Positions 40,345 to 49,800 of a stretch of 64,000 nt of DNA are shown here, in pieces. How positions within the stretch are numbered: the first letter of the stretch is position 1; each line of letters begins with the position of its first letter. The notes below the pieces were generated by a model. The model searched no databases. It was not told the DNA's origin and saw only the letters and a list, made by a program, of their open reading frames with translations. This DNA is from an uncultured delta proteobacterium (lineage in GTDB: Bacteria > Myxococcota_A > Polyangia > Polyangiales > Polyangiaceae): positions 384,001 through 448,000 of the forward strand of contig CAWKKR010000001.1 in assembly GCA_963850305.1 (NCBI GenBank), given 5' to 3'. The position numbers and the translations under genes are program-made.

Positions 40345-40743
40345 TCAGTCTTCGTCGGACGACTCTTCTTCTTCGTCCTCGTCGTCTTCGTCCTCGTCGT
40401 CTTCTTCGTCGTCCTCCTCCGCGGAGTCGTCGGCCTCGCCGGGCTCTTCGTCTTCCGTCGCGACCTTGGCGTCCGTCTTCAGATCAATCCCGACTTCCCC
40501 GAGCTGGGTCTCGAGGAGCTCGAACAGCTCGTCGACGTCGTCCCCGCTCCACTCGTCGAGGACGTCGGTCAGAAACTCGAAGAAATCTGCCGTATCGAGG
40601 CGGCGCTCGATCTCTTCGACCTGCTCTTCGGTGAATGCCTCGAGGATGTCTTCACGCAGGGACTCGGAGTCCCCTTCCTCGATCGCTTCCTGGGCAGAGA
40701 GCCGAATCTGCTTAACGGCACGTCTGTCGAGGTAGAGTTCCAT
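40345..40743 (-). CDS. Very acidic hypothetical protein
   Basis: 59 of 132 residues are Asp/Glu (hand count); helical N-terminal domain plus poly-acidic tail. Confidence 0.8.
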   Translation of the reverse strand: MELYLDRRAVKQIRLSAQEAIEEGDSESLREDILEAFTEEQVEEIERRLDTADFFEFLTDVLDEWSGDDVDELFELLETQLGEVGIDLKTDAKVATEDEEPGEADDSAEEDDEEDDEDEDDEDEEEESSDED

Positions 40744-40821
40744 GTGCTGTGCGCTCCGATGATCGTTTCCGCGTTTAAGCGAAGCGTCGCAGGGACGTCA
40801 AGGCCGGTTCTCGCAACCGAC

Positions 40822-41478
40822 GTGATTAGATGGAACGCCCGTGCCGTTCGCGTCGCTGCGGTGGCGGTGGCGGTGGTCGCTCTTCTGGCGCCGGCGGCCC
40901 GGGCCCAGGAGGGGCCGCCCCGAGCCTCGGAGCACTACTTCCAGTACGGCACTGCCTTTGCCACCGAGACGGTGGCTTCGGCCGGAGGGCTGTGTCCGGC
41001 GAACGCCAGCGACAACCCGTGCATCCTCGGCTCGGGCGTCGGCCTCGTCCTCCGCGCCGGCTATCGGGCGCGAGGTCCGTTCTTCATCGGCGGGGCGTAC
41101 GAGTTCTCGCGGCAAGACTCGTCAAACTTGCTCCGGCTCGCCGTCTTACAACAGCTCCGTGCGGAGGCACGATATTATCTGGTCGAGGGCACTCGCGTGT
41201 CCCCCTACTTCACCATGGGAACCGGCGGCGTCCTTTACGGGAACGAATGGGGCGCCGAAACGGGCGGCCTCATGGCTTCCCTCGGCGCCGGGGTCGAGCT
41301 CGAGATCAGCCGAACGTCGCTGGTCGGAGCTGCGGTCGCTTACCGTCCGATGCTCTTTCGTCACTGGGAAGATAGTGCCGGTCAGGTCCGCGCGGACAAC
41401 CTGTTCGGCTTCGGCCTGGCCCACATCGTCGGCATCGAGCTGGTGTTCGAGGTTCGCGACCCGCTCTCTCGATGGTAA
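40822..41478 (+). CDS. Small outer-membrane beta-barrel-like protein
   Basis: Signal peptide (APAARA|QE), amphipathic strands (RVSPYF, LGAGVELE), Cys pair in a loop; start approximate. Confidence 0.62.
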   Translation: MIRWNARAVRVAAVAVAVVALLAPAARAQEGPPRASEHYFQYGTAFATETVASAGGLCPANASDNPCILGSGVGLVLRAGYRARGPFFIGGAYEFSRQDSSNLLRLAVLQQLRAEARYYLVEGTRVSPYFTMGTGGVLYGNEWGAETGGLMASLGAGVELEISRTSLVGAAVAYRPMLFRHWEDSAGQVRADNLFGFGLAHIVGIELVFEVRDPLSRW

Positions 41479-41529
41479 GGTGACAAAAGTCCCCTTGACT
41501 CGTTTCCGCCAGCAAGGTCCCCTAGCCTC

Positions 41530-42801
41530 GTGAGGTGCAATCGTTGCGGCGCGGACAACCCGGCGAACCTCATCTTTTGCAGGGATTGCGGCAATCGATT
41601 GGCCGAGCCCGCGGCCCCGCCGCTCAATCCTCGTACCTCGGCACCGAGACCGGCCGCACCGAGCTTCGAGTTTGCGCCCCGGCCAGGCCCGGCGGCGCAG
41701 GCGCCTCTTTCGCCCTGTCCGCGCTGCGCAACGCCGAATCCTCCTTCGAACCGATTCTGTTCGGGCTGCGGCGCGCCTCTCGCGGCGGCACAACCTGCGG
41801 GCATCCCGGCGCCAATCCCCGTGCAGCCACGACCGGCGGCGCCGAATGCGCCCCGCCAGCCCGTCGCTCCTCCAGGGGCACCCCTGAATCCCCGACCCCC
41901 TTTCCCCGTGGGCGGAGCACCGCAGCAGCGCATTTGCGCTCGATGCCGGGGAGTGAATCCGCCGGGGATGCAGTTCTGCCAGTTCTGCGGCACCTCCCTC
42001 GCCGCCGAGCCCGTACCCGCTCCAGTCGCGCCCCGAAGCGCAGCGCCGGGACCCGCCGGAGCGCGGAGGGCGGAGCTCATGCAGCACCAGCCGGTGCAGG
42101 GCGTCGCCCCGGGGGATGGCTGGCAGGCTCAGGCACACGCGCGGGGAGCCGCGCGCCTCGTCGTGATCACCCAGGACGGCACGGCCGGGCGGACCTACGA
42201 GGTTAATGAAGTCCAGGTCGACGTCGGTCGGGACGAAGGCGGCATCCAGTTACCGAACGACCCCTATGTTTCCCCCCGGCACGCGCGGCTTCGACGCAGC
42301 GGCGGCCAGTTTTTCGTCCGGGATCTCGGCTCCGTGAATGGCGTCTATGTACGCCTCCGGCGCCCCGAGAAGCTGGACCACGGTGACTTGGTCTTGGTGG
42401 GCCTCGAGGTGTTAAGGTTCGAGCTCGTGAGCGAAGCGGAAAAGGCCCTGGGCCCAGCCCTCGACAGGGGGGTGCAAGTCTTCGGATCGCCGGCCACGAC
42501 CCGGTTCGCGCGGCTGTGCCAGCGGACCGTCGAAGGTGTCACACGCGACGTCTATTCGTTGTACCGTGACGAAACGATCATTGGCCGCGAGTCCGGCGAC
42601 ATCGTGTTCACCAGCGACCCATTCATGAGCCGACAGCATGCTGCCATCACCCGCGACCCCTACGACGGCACCTTCTCCGTCAAAGACCTCGGGTCGTCGA
42701 ATGGGACGTACCTCGCGATCAGGGCCGAGGTCGGCCTTCAAAGTGGAGACCACGTGAGAATCGGTCAGCACCTGTTCCGACTCGAAGTGGACCCCGAGTA
42801 G
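41530..42801 (+). CDS. Three double-zinc-ribbon repeats plus tandem FHA domains
   Basis: Three CxxC...FCxxCG units; two FHA motifs (VGRD...VSPRHA...DLGSVNG; IGRE...MSRQHA...DLGSSNGT). Confidence 0.9.
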   Translation: MRCNRCGADNPANLIFCRDCGNRLAEPAAPPLNPRTSAPRPAAPSFEFAPRPGPAAQAPLSPCPRCATPNPPSNRFCSGCGAPLAAAQPAGIPAPIPVQPRPAAPNAPRQPVAPPGAPLNPRPPFPVGGAPQQRICARCRGVNPPGMQFCQFCGTSLAAEPVPAPVAPRSAAPGPAGARRAELMQHQPVQGVAPGDGWQAQAHARGAARLVVITQDGTAGRTYEVNEVQVDVGRDEGGIQLPNDPYVSPRHARLRRSGGQFFVRDLGSVNGVYVRLRRPEKLDHGDLVLVGLEVLRFELVSEAEKALGPALDRGVQVFGSPATTRFARLCQRTVEGVTRDVYSLYRDETIIGRESGDIVFTSDPFMSRQHAAITRDPYDGTFSVKDLGSSNGTYLAIRAEVGLQSGDHVRIGQHLFRLEVDPE

Positions 42802-42807
42802 CCCCAA

Positions 42808-44035
42808 ATGAGCGGCACGGGCAGCGCTGGTTCCTCCGGGGGCGAGATTCGCCTCAAACTGTTCGGTCGCACGGACGTCGGGCAGATCCGCGAGCACAAC
42901 GAAGATAACTTCCTGATCGCGGACCTGACGCGACAGAGCCGCGGCCTGATGGAGGCGGATCGGGAGCAGGTCGTCGGCCCCTCGGGTAACGTCTTCGGAG
43001 TTTGCGACGGGATGGGCGGCGCCGCCGCGGGTGAGGTCGCTAGCAAGCTCGCGGTCGACATCATCTACGAGAAGATGCTCTCGGGAGGAACTCCGGCGAA
43101 CCACGACGATCTCGCGCGACGATTGGTGTCGACGGTCGAAGAAGCGGGCCTTCGCATTTTCAACGAGGCGCGCGCGGATCGGACGCGGCGCGGAATGGGC
43201 ACGACGTCCACGGTCGCGGCCCTCCTCGATGCTCGCCTCTTCGTCGCTCAGGTCGGGGACAGCCGTGCCTACCTGCTCCGCGGGGGAACGCTGGTTCAAA
43301 TCACCCGCGACCAGTCCCTCGTGAACCAGCTCATCGAAGCCGGCCAGCTCACGGAGGAAGAGGCCGAGACCTTCGAGCACAACAACATCATTCTCCAGGC
43401 GCTCGGGACCGCGGAGACGGTTCAAGTCGATTTCGACGTTCGTCGACCTGCGACGCGGGGATGTCCTGGTGATGTGCTCCGACGGCCTCAGCGGCATGAT
43501 CAAAGCAGAGGACATTCGGACGGTGCTGGTCAGCACGTCGGATCCACTCGACGCGTGCAAGCAGCTCACCGAGCGCGCCAACCAGGCGGGTGGGCACGAC
43601 AACATCACGGTCATCGTCGTGCGGTTCGAGGGCGACGGCCTGGGCCCGACGCAGCCCACGGACGAGCCGGTGAAGTACCGGAAATACGGCCTTCCACAGA
43701 CACTCAACTCGAACGACGCAACGGCTCGTCCTGGTGGGCTTCCGTCCGCGACGGGGACCCCCGCGGCACCCGCAAGCGAAGAATCGGAGCGGGAATCCCG
43801 TCGCCTCCGCGTGGGACACACGATGGTCGGTATGTCCGTGCCGACTCCCTCGGGGTCCCACGCCGTCATCGATCCGGCCACGCAACGCTCTTCTTCCGGT
43901 GTCCCGAGACCGTTCCCGATGGAAGACGAACCGGTCGACCTCCCAACGACCGGGTTGCCTCCGTCCGTCATGGGCTTCATCGTGATCGGCGCGGTTCTGG
44001 TGGTCGTCGCGGCCGGCTTCTGGTTGCTTCGCTAG
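42808..44035 (+). CDS. PP2C (Stp1/IreP-like) Ser/Thr phosphatase with C-terminal TM; frameshift at ~43433
   Basis: TDVGQIREHNED, CDGMGG, VGDSRAY, continuing in the next frame as VDLRRGDVLVMCSDGL...GGHDNIT. Confidence 0.9.
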
Positions 44036-44054
44036 CTCCCTGGCTCGCCATCGC

Positions 44055-45521
44055 ATGTTCAGAGAAGCGCTGCGCCGGATTCTCTGGCTCGGGCCGACGC
44101 TCCTCGTGGTGACGCTGCCCACGTTCTGGGCGCTCGCCCGCGCGGAAGGTCGGCTCGGTGCGACGTCGAACGGTTTACCCTTGTTCTTCAATGCGGACCC
44201 CGAGGGGGCGCGCGAACATGCCCTCGCGGCGGCGCGGCGGGTGGCGCGTGGTGGACCCGATGGCGTCAGCGCTGCCGCGGAGCTGGCGCGTCTCGGCGGG
44301 GCGGCAATCCCGCATGTGCTCTCGACCTTTGACGCCCTCGATCCCGGCGCGCGGGGACGTGTGGCGCTCGCGCTCTTGCCCATCGTCGCAAGGATGGGCG
44401 TGGGCGCACCCGAGTTCGAGTCCGATGAAACGGCGGCATTGTTTCTCGGCCGCTACTGGCGCGAGCACTCCGTCGACTTCCGTCCTGCAGTCGTCCATCG
44501 AGAAGTGGAACGATTTTCTGCCCATCCCTCCCCGCTACGGCTGGCAGAAGTGACGAGCTTGGACACCTTCGCGCTCGAAGCCTTGATCGACGGCATGCGA
44601 CCCCTGCGGACGCAGAACGACGTCGCCCGCGTGCGGCACCTGGCAGCGGTCGCGGCGCACGTCACCGGGGACCCCTGGACGATCCCTGAAGGCGCGTCGC
44701 TCGACGGTGCCCGCGGCGCGGTCGAGCGGTGGGAATCCTTCTGGCTGGAGCACCGCAGCGACTATGTCGCGCTAACGGGCCCACGGAGGCTCGGCGCGAC
44801 ACTCACGGAGACGCGCTACGGGCAATGGCTGGCCCGCCTCTTTCTTCGACTGCGTCATCGGCTGGACGGCGACCGAACCGTCGGGACCACGTTCGCTGCG
44901 CGCGGAGCCACGACGCTCGCGCTCGTCTTCTGGGCCTTCGCCGCCGGATATCCCCTCGCGCTAGTTGCGAGCATCATCCCCTCCTGGCGGCGGCGGCTCT
45001 CCGCGACGGTTTTTGCGGTGGCAGCCTGCGTCGCGAGCCTCGGTATCGTCGGGGTATCGGGCCTCCTGGCGAGGTTCCTGGGCCCCCGGCACGGCACTGA
45101 GTGCGCTGCGGCCGCGATGATCGCCGTGGGAGCCGCGCTGGCACTCCATCGCTATCGCGCGCTCACTCGACGCACTGCGGAGCTGCCGCACATTCGCACG
45201 GCGCTCGCGTTTGGCGCCTCGCCGCTGCGGGTGTCGCTCGTGAACCTGAGACTCGTCTTCGGCGCTGCCCTCGCGCTCGCGGTGGCGGATCTGCCTGGCG
45301 TCATCACGGCCTCGTTCGTCGTCGAGCGGGTGTTCTCGTTGAAGGGACTGGGCCAGACGGTGGTCGAAGCGGCGCGTTCGGGCGATCACACGTCACTGAT
45401 GACCCTCGCCCTGATCGGAACCCTGACACTCGGGCTCGCTCAGATCGCCTCGGACCTGCTCCTCGGCGTTGCGGATCCGCGTGTTCGAGGCGTGCGCCGC
45501 ACCGAGGGGGTCCGGACTTGA
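44055..45521 (+). CDS. DppB/OppB-like ABC permease with a large helical extracytoplasmic insert
   Basis: C-terminal HIRTALAFG, VVERVFSLKGLG, DLLLGVADPRVR. Confidence 0.75.
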   Translation: MFREALRRILWLGPTLLVVTLPTFWALARAEGRLGATSNGLPLFFNADPEGAREHALAAARRVARGGPDGVSAAAELARLGGAAIPHVLSTFDALDPGARGRVALALLPIVARMGVGAPEFESDETAALFLGRYWREHSVDFRPAVVHREVERFSAHPSPLRLAEVTSLDTFALEALIDGMRPLRTQNDVARVRHLAAVAAHVTGDPWTIPEGASLDGARGAVERWESFWLEHRSDYVALTGPRRLGATLTETRYGQWLARLFLRLRHRLDGDRTVGTTFAARGATTLALVFWAFAAGYPLALVASIIPSWRRRLSATVFAVAACVASLGIVGVSGLLARFLGPRHGTECAAAAMIAVGAALALHRYRALTRRTAELPHIRTALAFGASPLRVSLVNLRLVFGAALALAVADLPGVITASFVVERVFSLKGLGQTVVEAARSGDHTSLMTLALIGTLTLGLAQIASDLLLGVADPRVRGVRRTEGVRT

Positions 45522-46261
45522 AGCGAGCGCGTCGGACGTTATGGACGCCGAGCGTCGTGCTCCTCGGCTTCGCGGTCGTGTCGGCGGTCCTCGGGAATCC
45601 CTGCGCGTTGGCTCTGGCCGGCTCCGACTCGAGCTTGTTCGCGTGGACCAACGGCGCGCGGGGGACGATCTCCGTCGCGGCCCTCGTCCTGTTCGCGACG
45701 CTCGCCATCGGCACCTTCGCGGGTGGGATCGCCGCTCTGGGTCCGCGCCTCGCGGACGCTTGCCTGACAAGCGTGATGGAGATCGGCGGGGCGCTTCCGT
45801 CGATCGCCGCAGTCGTCGTGCTCCACGCGATCACGCCCGTACCCGCATTGCTGGCGGTCGGGCTCGTGCTCGCCGTTCTGCAAGGGCTCGCGACCGCGAA
45901 GGCCATCCGCGCCCAGATTCTCCAGCTTCTGACCTCGGACTTCATGATGGCGTCGCGCGCACTCGGGTGCGGACGAACCCGATTGTTCTTCTCACACCTG
46001 CTTCCGCACGTCGCAAGCTCGGCGCTGGCGGGAGCGACCTCGAGCGCGGCGGCGGTGATGGGACTCGACGCTGCGCTGTCCTTCCTGGGGCTAGAAACCA
46101 CCGGACCGAGCTTCGGCGCGATGCTCGCCGACTCGGTCAACCGCGGAAGAGTTCTGGTGGGCCTTTTCCCGGTCGCGACCGTGGCAGCCGTCGTCTTTTC
46201 CCTCCAGGTGGTCGCGGAATCCATCGAAGATCGGTTCGCCCCCGGCCGGCGATTCCTCTGA
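45518..46261 (+). CDS. DppC/OppC-like ABC permease
   Basis: GARGTI, DFMMASRALG, HLLPH, ALSFLGL, PSFGAML; TTG start overlaps the upstream stop. Confidence 0.8.
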   Translation: MKRARRTLWTPSVVLLGFAVVSAVLGNPCALALAGSDSSLFAWTNGARGTISVAALVLFATLAIGTFAGGIAALGPRLADACLTSVMEIGGALPSIAAVVVLHAITPVPALLAVGLVLAVLQGLATAKAIRAQILQLLTSDFMMASRALGCGRTRLFFSHLLPHVASSALAGATSSAAAVMGLDAALSFLGLETTGPSFGAMLADSVNRGRVLVGLFPVATVAAVVFSLQVVAESIEDRFAPGRRFL

Positions 46262-46333
46262 CCCGGAAGATCGTCTCGGTCGCCAACGCCCAGGGCGGCG
46301 TGAGAAATGCGAAACTTGGTGTAGATTCGCACC

Positions 46334-46975
46334 ATGGCGCTCGCCACCGTCACCGACAGTACGTTCGAACAAGAGATTCTGAGGAGCGAGCTCCCCGTGC
46401 TCGTGGAGTTTTCCGCGGAATGGTGCGGCCCGTGCAAGACCATCCTGCCGGAGCTTCGCGCCCTCTCCGATGAGCTCAAAGACAAGGCCAAGGTAGTGAC
46501 CATCGACGTGGACAAGTCGCCCGTGGTCGCTCGCGAGCTGGGCGTGCAGTCGGTGCCCACGTTCGTCGTGTTTCATCAAGGGCGCCCGGTGGGCGGCAGA
46601 GTGGGTGCGCTCCGGCGCGCGCAGCTACGCGAAATGATCGAGCCGTTCCTGCCCCGTTCGGCAGGCGCGCTCAAACCGGCGGAGCTCGCGCAGCTACTCC
46701 AGCGCGGCCAGGTGGTTCCCGTCGACACCCGCGAAGCTCCGGTATTTCAGCGCGCGCACCTGCCCTCTGCGGTGAACTTCCCCATGGAAGAGCTCCCGTC
46801 GCGCCTCGCGGAGCTCCACATGCTTCCGGCGTCGCCCGTGCTCTACTGTCGGGCCGGAGACAAGACGAAGGAGCTTGCCGAGAAGTTCGCGCAAGAAGGA
46901 ACGCCCGTCGCATTCCTCGAAGGGGGCCTTCTCGGCTGGGAGAGCGCGGGGTTCGAGCTAGAACGTCCCGATTGA
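46334..46975 (+). CDS. Thioredoxin-rhodanese fusion
   Basis: WCGPC, SVPT, then VDTRE...HLPSA...YCRAGDK...LEGGLLGW. Confidence 0.9.
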   Translation: MALATVTDSTFEQEILRSELPVLVEFSAEWCGPCKTILPELRALSDELKDKAKVVTIDVDKSPVVARELGVQSVPTFVVFHQGRPVGGRVGALRRAQLREMIEPFLPRSAGALKPAELAQLLQRGQVVPVDTREAPVFQRAHLPSAVNFPMEELPSRLAELHMLPASPVLYCRAGDKTKELAEKFAQEGTPVAFLEGGLLGWESAGFELERPD

Positions 46976-48361
46976 GGCGACGCGCATCGCTTCGGCGAGA
47001 ACCGTGCGAATCGAGACGCCCGCACGTTCCGCGGCGCGCGCGCAAGCGTCGAACTCGGGCTTGATGACGGGCTCACCGAAAGGTCCACCGCTCACCTTAA
47101 CCGGGATTTCCCCGAAGCGCGTCGCGACGAGGCGCGTCTCGCGTGGACGCTCGAGACGGTGAGCGGGCGTCCATCTGACACCGATGCTCGTCGTCTCGCG
47201 GAGCATCGCTTCGGCGACACGATTGACCTCCGAGCGCCGCGCAACGGCCGACATCACCAGGGCGGGCCTTCCCTTTTTCATCGTGACCGGCGTCGCCCAG
47301 GCGTCCAGCGCTCCCGCGGCGAGCAGGGCGGCGATCGCGTTTCCCGCTAGCTCGCCCGTGATGTCGTCCACGTTTGCCTCGACCACGACGTGATCCCCAC
47401 CCGCCTCGCCATCCGGCAATCCCGGGTTAGGCACCCCGATGACCGCTCGGAGGGCATTCGGCCGATCGGGCAACGTCACGGTGCCCGCGCCCCACCCGAT
47501 GCGCTCAGGAATGAATGACGGCCATGACTCGAATCGGCACGCCAGCGTGGCCACGATCGCGGCTCCGGTCGGCGTGACGAGCTCCGCCTCGATGCCCGCA
47601 TCGAAGGTCGGCACACCGCGGAGGCAGGCCAGCGCGGCCGGGGCGGGCAGCGGCAGAGTCCCATGGCGACTATTCACGAAGCCGCGACCGAGCGGCAGCG
47701 GAGAACAGACGATCTCCGCACCCAGGTATGCAGCGCAAGCCGCCGCGCCGACGATGTCCACGATTGCATCGGCAGCGCCGACCTCGTGAAAGTGAACCTG
47801 GTCGAGCGGGATTCGGTGCACCCTCGCCTCGGCCTCACCGAGGCGCCGGAAGATCGCTCGCGCCGCGTCCCTGACGGCCGTGTCGATCGGTGCCGTCCGA
47901 ATGAGCTCGTCGACTTCCCGATAGTGCCGCTCGGGTTGCCTGCCGTTCACTGATACCTCGAAACGAGTGGCGCCGATGGAAAGCGCGCGGGCGCGCATCA
48001 CGCGAATCGACACACCGTCGAGGCTGAGCCCCGCGACCGCCCGCTCCACGACCGAAAAGGGAACGCCTAGATCGACCAAGGCTGCAATCGTCATGTCCCC
48101 TGCGACGCCACTGGCTGCATCGAGAAACAGCGTCTTCCCTCGTCCGTGACCTTCGTCGAGTGGCTCGCGATGCTCCTCCGCCCCCGGGGCCGCACGCTCC
48201 GACGGAACGTCCGCGTGCCCCCCACCGTCGCCGTGAACGTGATGATGATGGTCGTGTGCGCCGTCCAGGTGAGACTTGGCTGCGCGCCGCGAATGCGAGA
48301 CGGCACGGCCCTTCGAGTCGTGCGCGGATTTCGGCAGTGGCTTCTGCGCGCGCGGACTCAC
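46958..48361 (-). CDS. larC: Nickel-pincer cofactor biosynthesis protein LarC
   Basis: SGVAGDM, HFHEVGAADAIVDI, LPAPA, ELVTPTGAA, MKKGRP, ETTSIGVR, KPEFD. Confidence 0.93.
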   Translation of the reverse strand: MSPRAQKPLPKSAHDSKGRAVSHSRRAAKSHLDGAHDHHHHVHGDGGGHADVPSERAAPGAEEHREPLDEGHGRGKTLFLDAASGVAGDMTIAALVDLGVPFSVVERAVAGLSLDGVSIRVMRARALSIGATRFEVSVNGRQPERHYREVDELIRTAPIDTAVRDAARAIFRRLGEAEARVHRIPLDQVHFHEVGAADAIVDIVGAAACAAYLGAEIVCSPLPLGRGFVNSRHGTLPLPAPAALACLRGVPTFDAGIEAELVTPTGAAIVATLACRFESWPSFIPERIGWGAGTVTLPDRPNALRAVIGVPNPGLPDGEAGGDHVVVEANVDDITGELAGNAIAALLAAGALDAWATPVTMKKGRPALVMSAVARRSEVNRVAEAMLRETTSIGVRWTPAHRLERPRETRLVATRFGEIPVKVSGGPFGEPVIKPEFDACARAAERAGVSIRTVLAEAMRVASIGTF

Positions 48362-49113
48362 GGCGCACCTGCGTTAGCGAGCCGCACGACGGCCATAGCC
48401 GCTCCGAAGCCGTTGTCGATGTTCACCACGGTGACGCCCGCGGCGCAGCTCGAGAGCATGCCGAAGAGCGCTGTGACGCCGAAGAACGACACTCCGTAGC
48501 CGATCGACGTGGGTACTGCGACGACGGGTGCCGCCACGAGCCCCCCAATCACACTCGCGAGAGCCCCTTCCATGCCGGCCACGACGATGACCGCGTGCGC
48601 CTCCCTCAGGGCTTCGATCTGCCCGAGGACGCGATGAAGGCCCGCGACCCCCACATCGAAGATCCGCCGCGTCCGCACGCCACACATCTCGAGAGTCTCG
48701 AGAGCCTCTTCGGCGACGGGGATGTCGCTCGTGCCGGCGGTGACTACGGCGACGAAGCCGTCGCGCGTCGCGACCGGCGACGCGCGAAACGTCGCGACGC
48801 GCGCGGTCGAGCGATACACGAGCGCCGGCACGCGGGCCAGCACGGCACCGGCGACATCGGCTGCCAAACGGGTTACGAGCACGGCGTGGCCGCCGCCGAT
48901 GAGTTCCTCACAAACACCGGCGATCTGGTCCACTGTTTTCCCGGGGGCGAAAACCACCTCCGGCACGCCTTGCCGGAGCGCGCGATGGTGGTCCACCTGC
49001 GCGTAGCCGAGATCCGCGAATGGCAGTGTGGCAAGCTCCGACAGCGCTTTTGAGACGTCGACTTCGCCGGAATGCACGCGCGCGAGCAGAAGCTCCAGGC
49101 GCTTGGGATCCAT
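48358..49113 (-). CDS. larB: Nickel-pincer cofactor biosynthesis protein LarB
   Basis: DHHRALRQGVPEVV, AGTSDIPVAEEA, DVGVAGLHR, AGMEGAL, PTSIGYG, NIDNGFGAA. Confidence 0.95.
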   Translation of the reverse strand: MDPKRLELLLARVHSGEVDVSKALSELATLPFADLGYAQVDHHRALRQGVPEVVFAPGKTVDQIAGVCEELIGGGHAVLVTRLAADVAGAVLARVPALVYRSTARVATFRASPVATRDGFVAVVTAGTSDIPVAEEALETLEMCGVRTRRIFDVGVAGLHRVLGQIEALREAHAVIVVAGMEGALASVIGGLVAAPVVAVPTSIGYGVSFFGVTALFGMLSSCAAGVTVVNIDNGFGAAMAVVRLANAGAP

Positions 49114-49200
49114 CGCGACCTCATGTACCCCAGCCCCCGCGACTCGGCGACAGTCTTTTTTTCGCGTCTCGTCGTCCGTTCGGCGAGTAACCTCCACCGA

Positions 49201-49767
49201 ATGCCGATCGTCGCGGCGCCGCTCTTCGGGTTCTCACTCGGAATCGTCTTTGCTTGGGCGGGCTGCGACGAACTCGCGCGCCTCGGGAGCGGCATCACGA
49301 GCCGCTCCCTGGTCGTCACCGCGCTTTTCGGGGTGCTCGTCTACGCGCCGACCTGTGGCTACTTCCAGGCGTTCTTCCCGGATTGGTCCTACGCTTACCT
49401 GCTCGACGCCGAACGCCGACCCGTCGTGCTCGATCTTGCGACGCTCCTCGTCGATGCCCTCAGTCCGGCCGTCGGCCTCGTGTTGTTCTCCAGAGCAGCC
49501 GCAGCACGAAGGAGCGCGACGCTAGCCCGCGCGGCCGCGGTCCCGGCCCTCGTGGCCGCATTGTTCATCCTTTCGATGTTGTCGCGGCTCAGGGTCTTCG
49601 GTACCTACGCGCAGTTCCACGGGGACTTCGGCACGGAGCCGCTGACGGGCAGTCCGATCGGATACGCCCTGGTCTGGATGACCGCCATTGTCACCGGCGC
49701 GACGGCTTTCACCATCCACGTGCTCCGGCGTCTCGGCGAACCCGGCTCGCGGCAAGATCCGATCTGA
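49201..49767 (+). CDS. Hypothetical integral membrane protein
   Basis: About five TM helices, FPDWSYAY motif. Confidence 0.7.
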   Translation: MPIVAAPLFGFSLGIVFAWAGCDELARLGSGITSRSLVVTALFGVLVYAPTCGYFQAFFPDWSYAYLLDAERRPVVLDLATLLVDALSPAVGLVLFSRAAAARRSATLARAAAVPALVAALFILSMLSRLRVFGTYAQFHGDFGTEPLTGSPIGYALVWMTAIVTGATAFTIHVLRRLGEPGSRQDPI

Positions 49768-49800
49768 CGCAGGGTCGTATTCGAGAAGAAAGGTACGACG

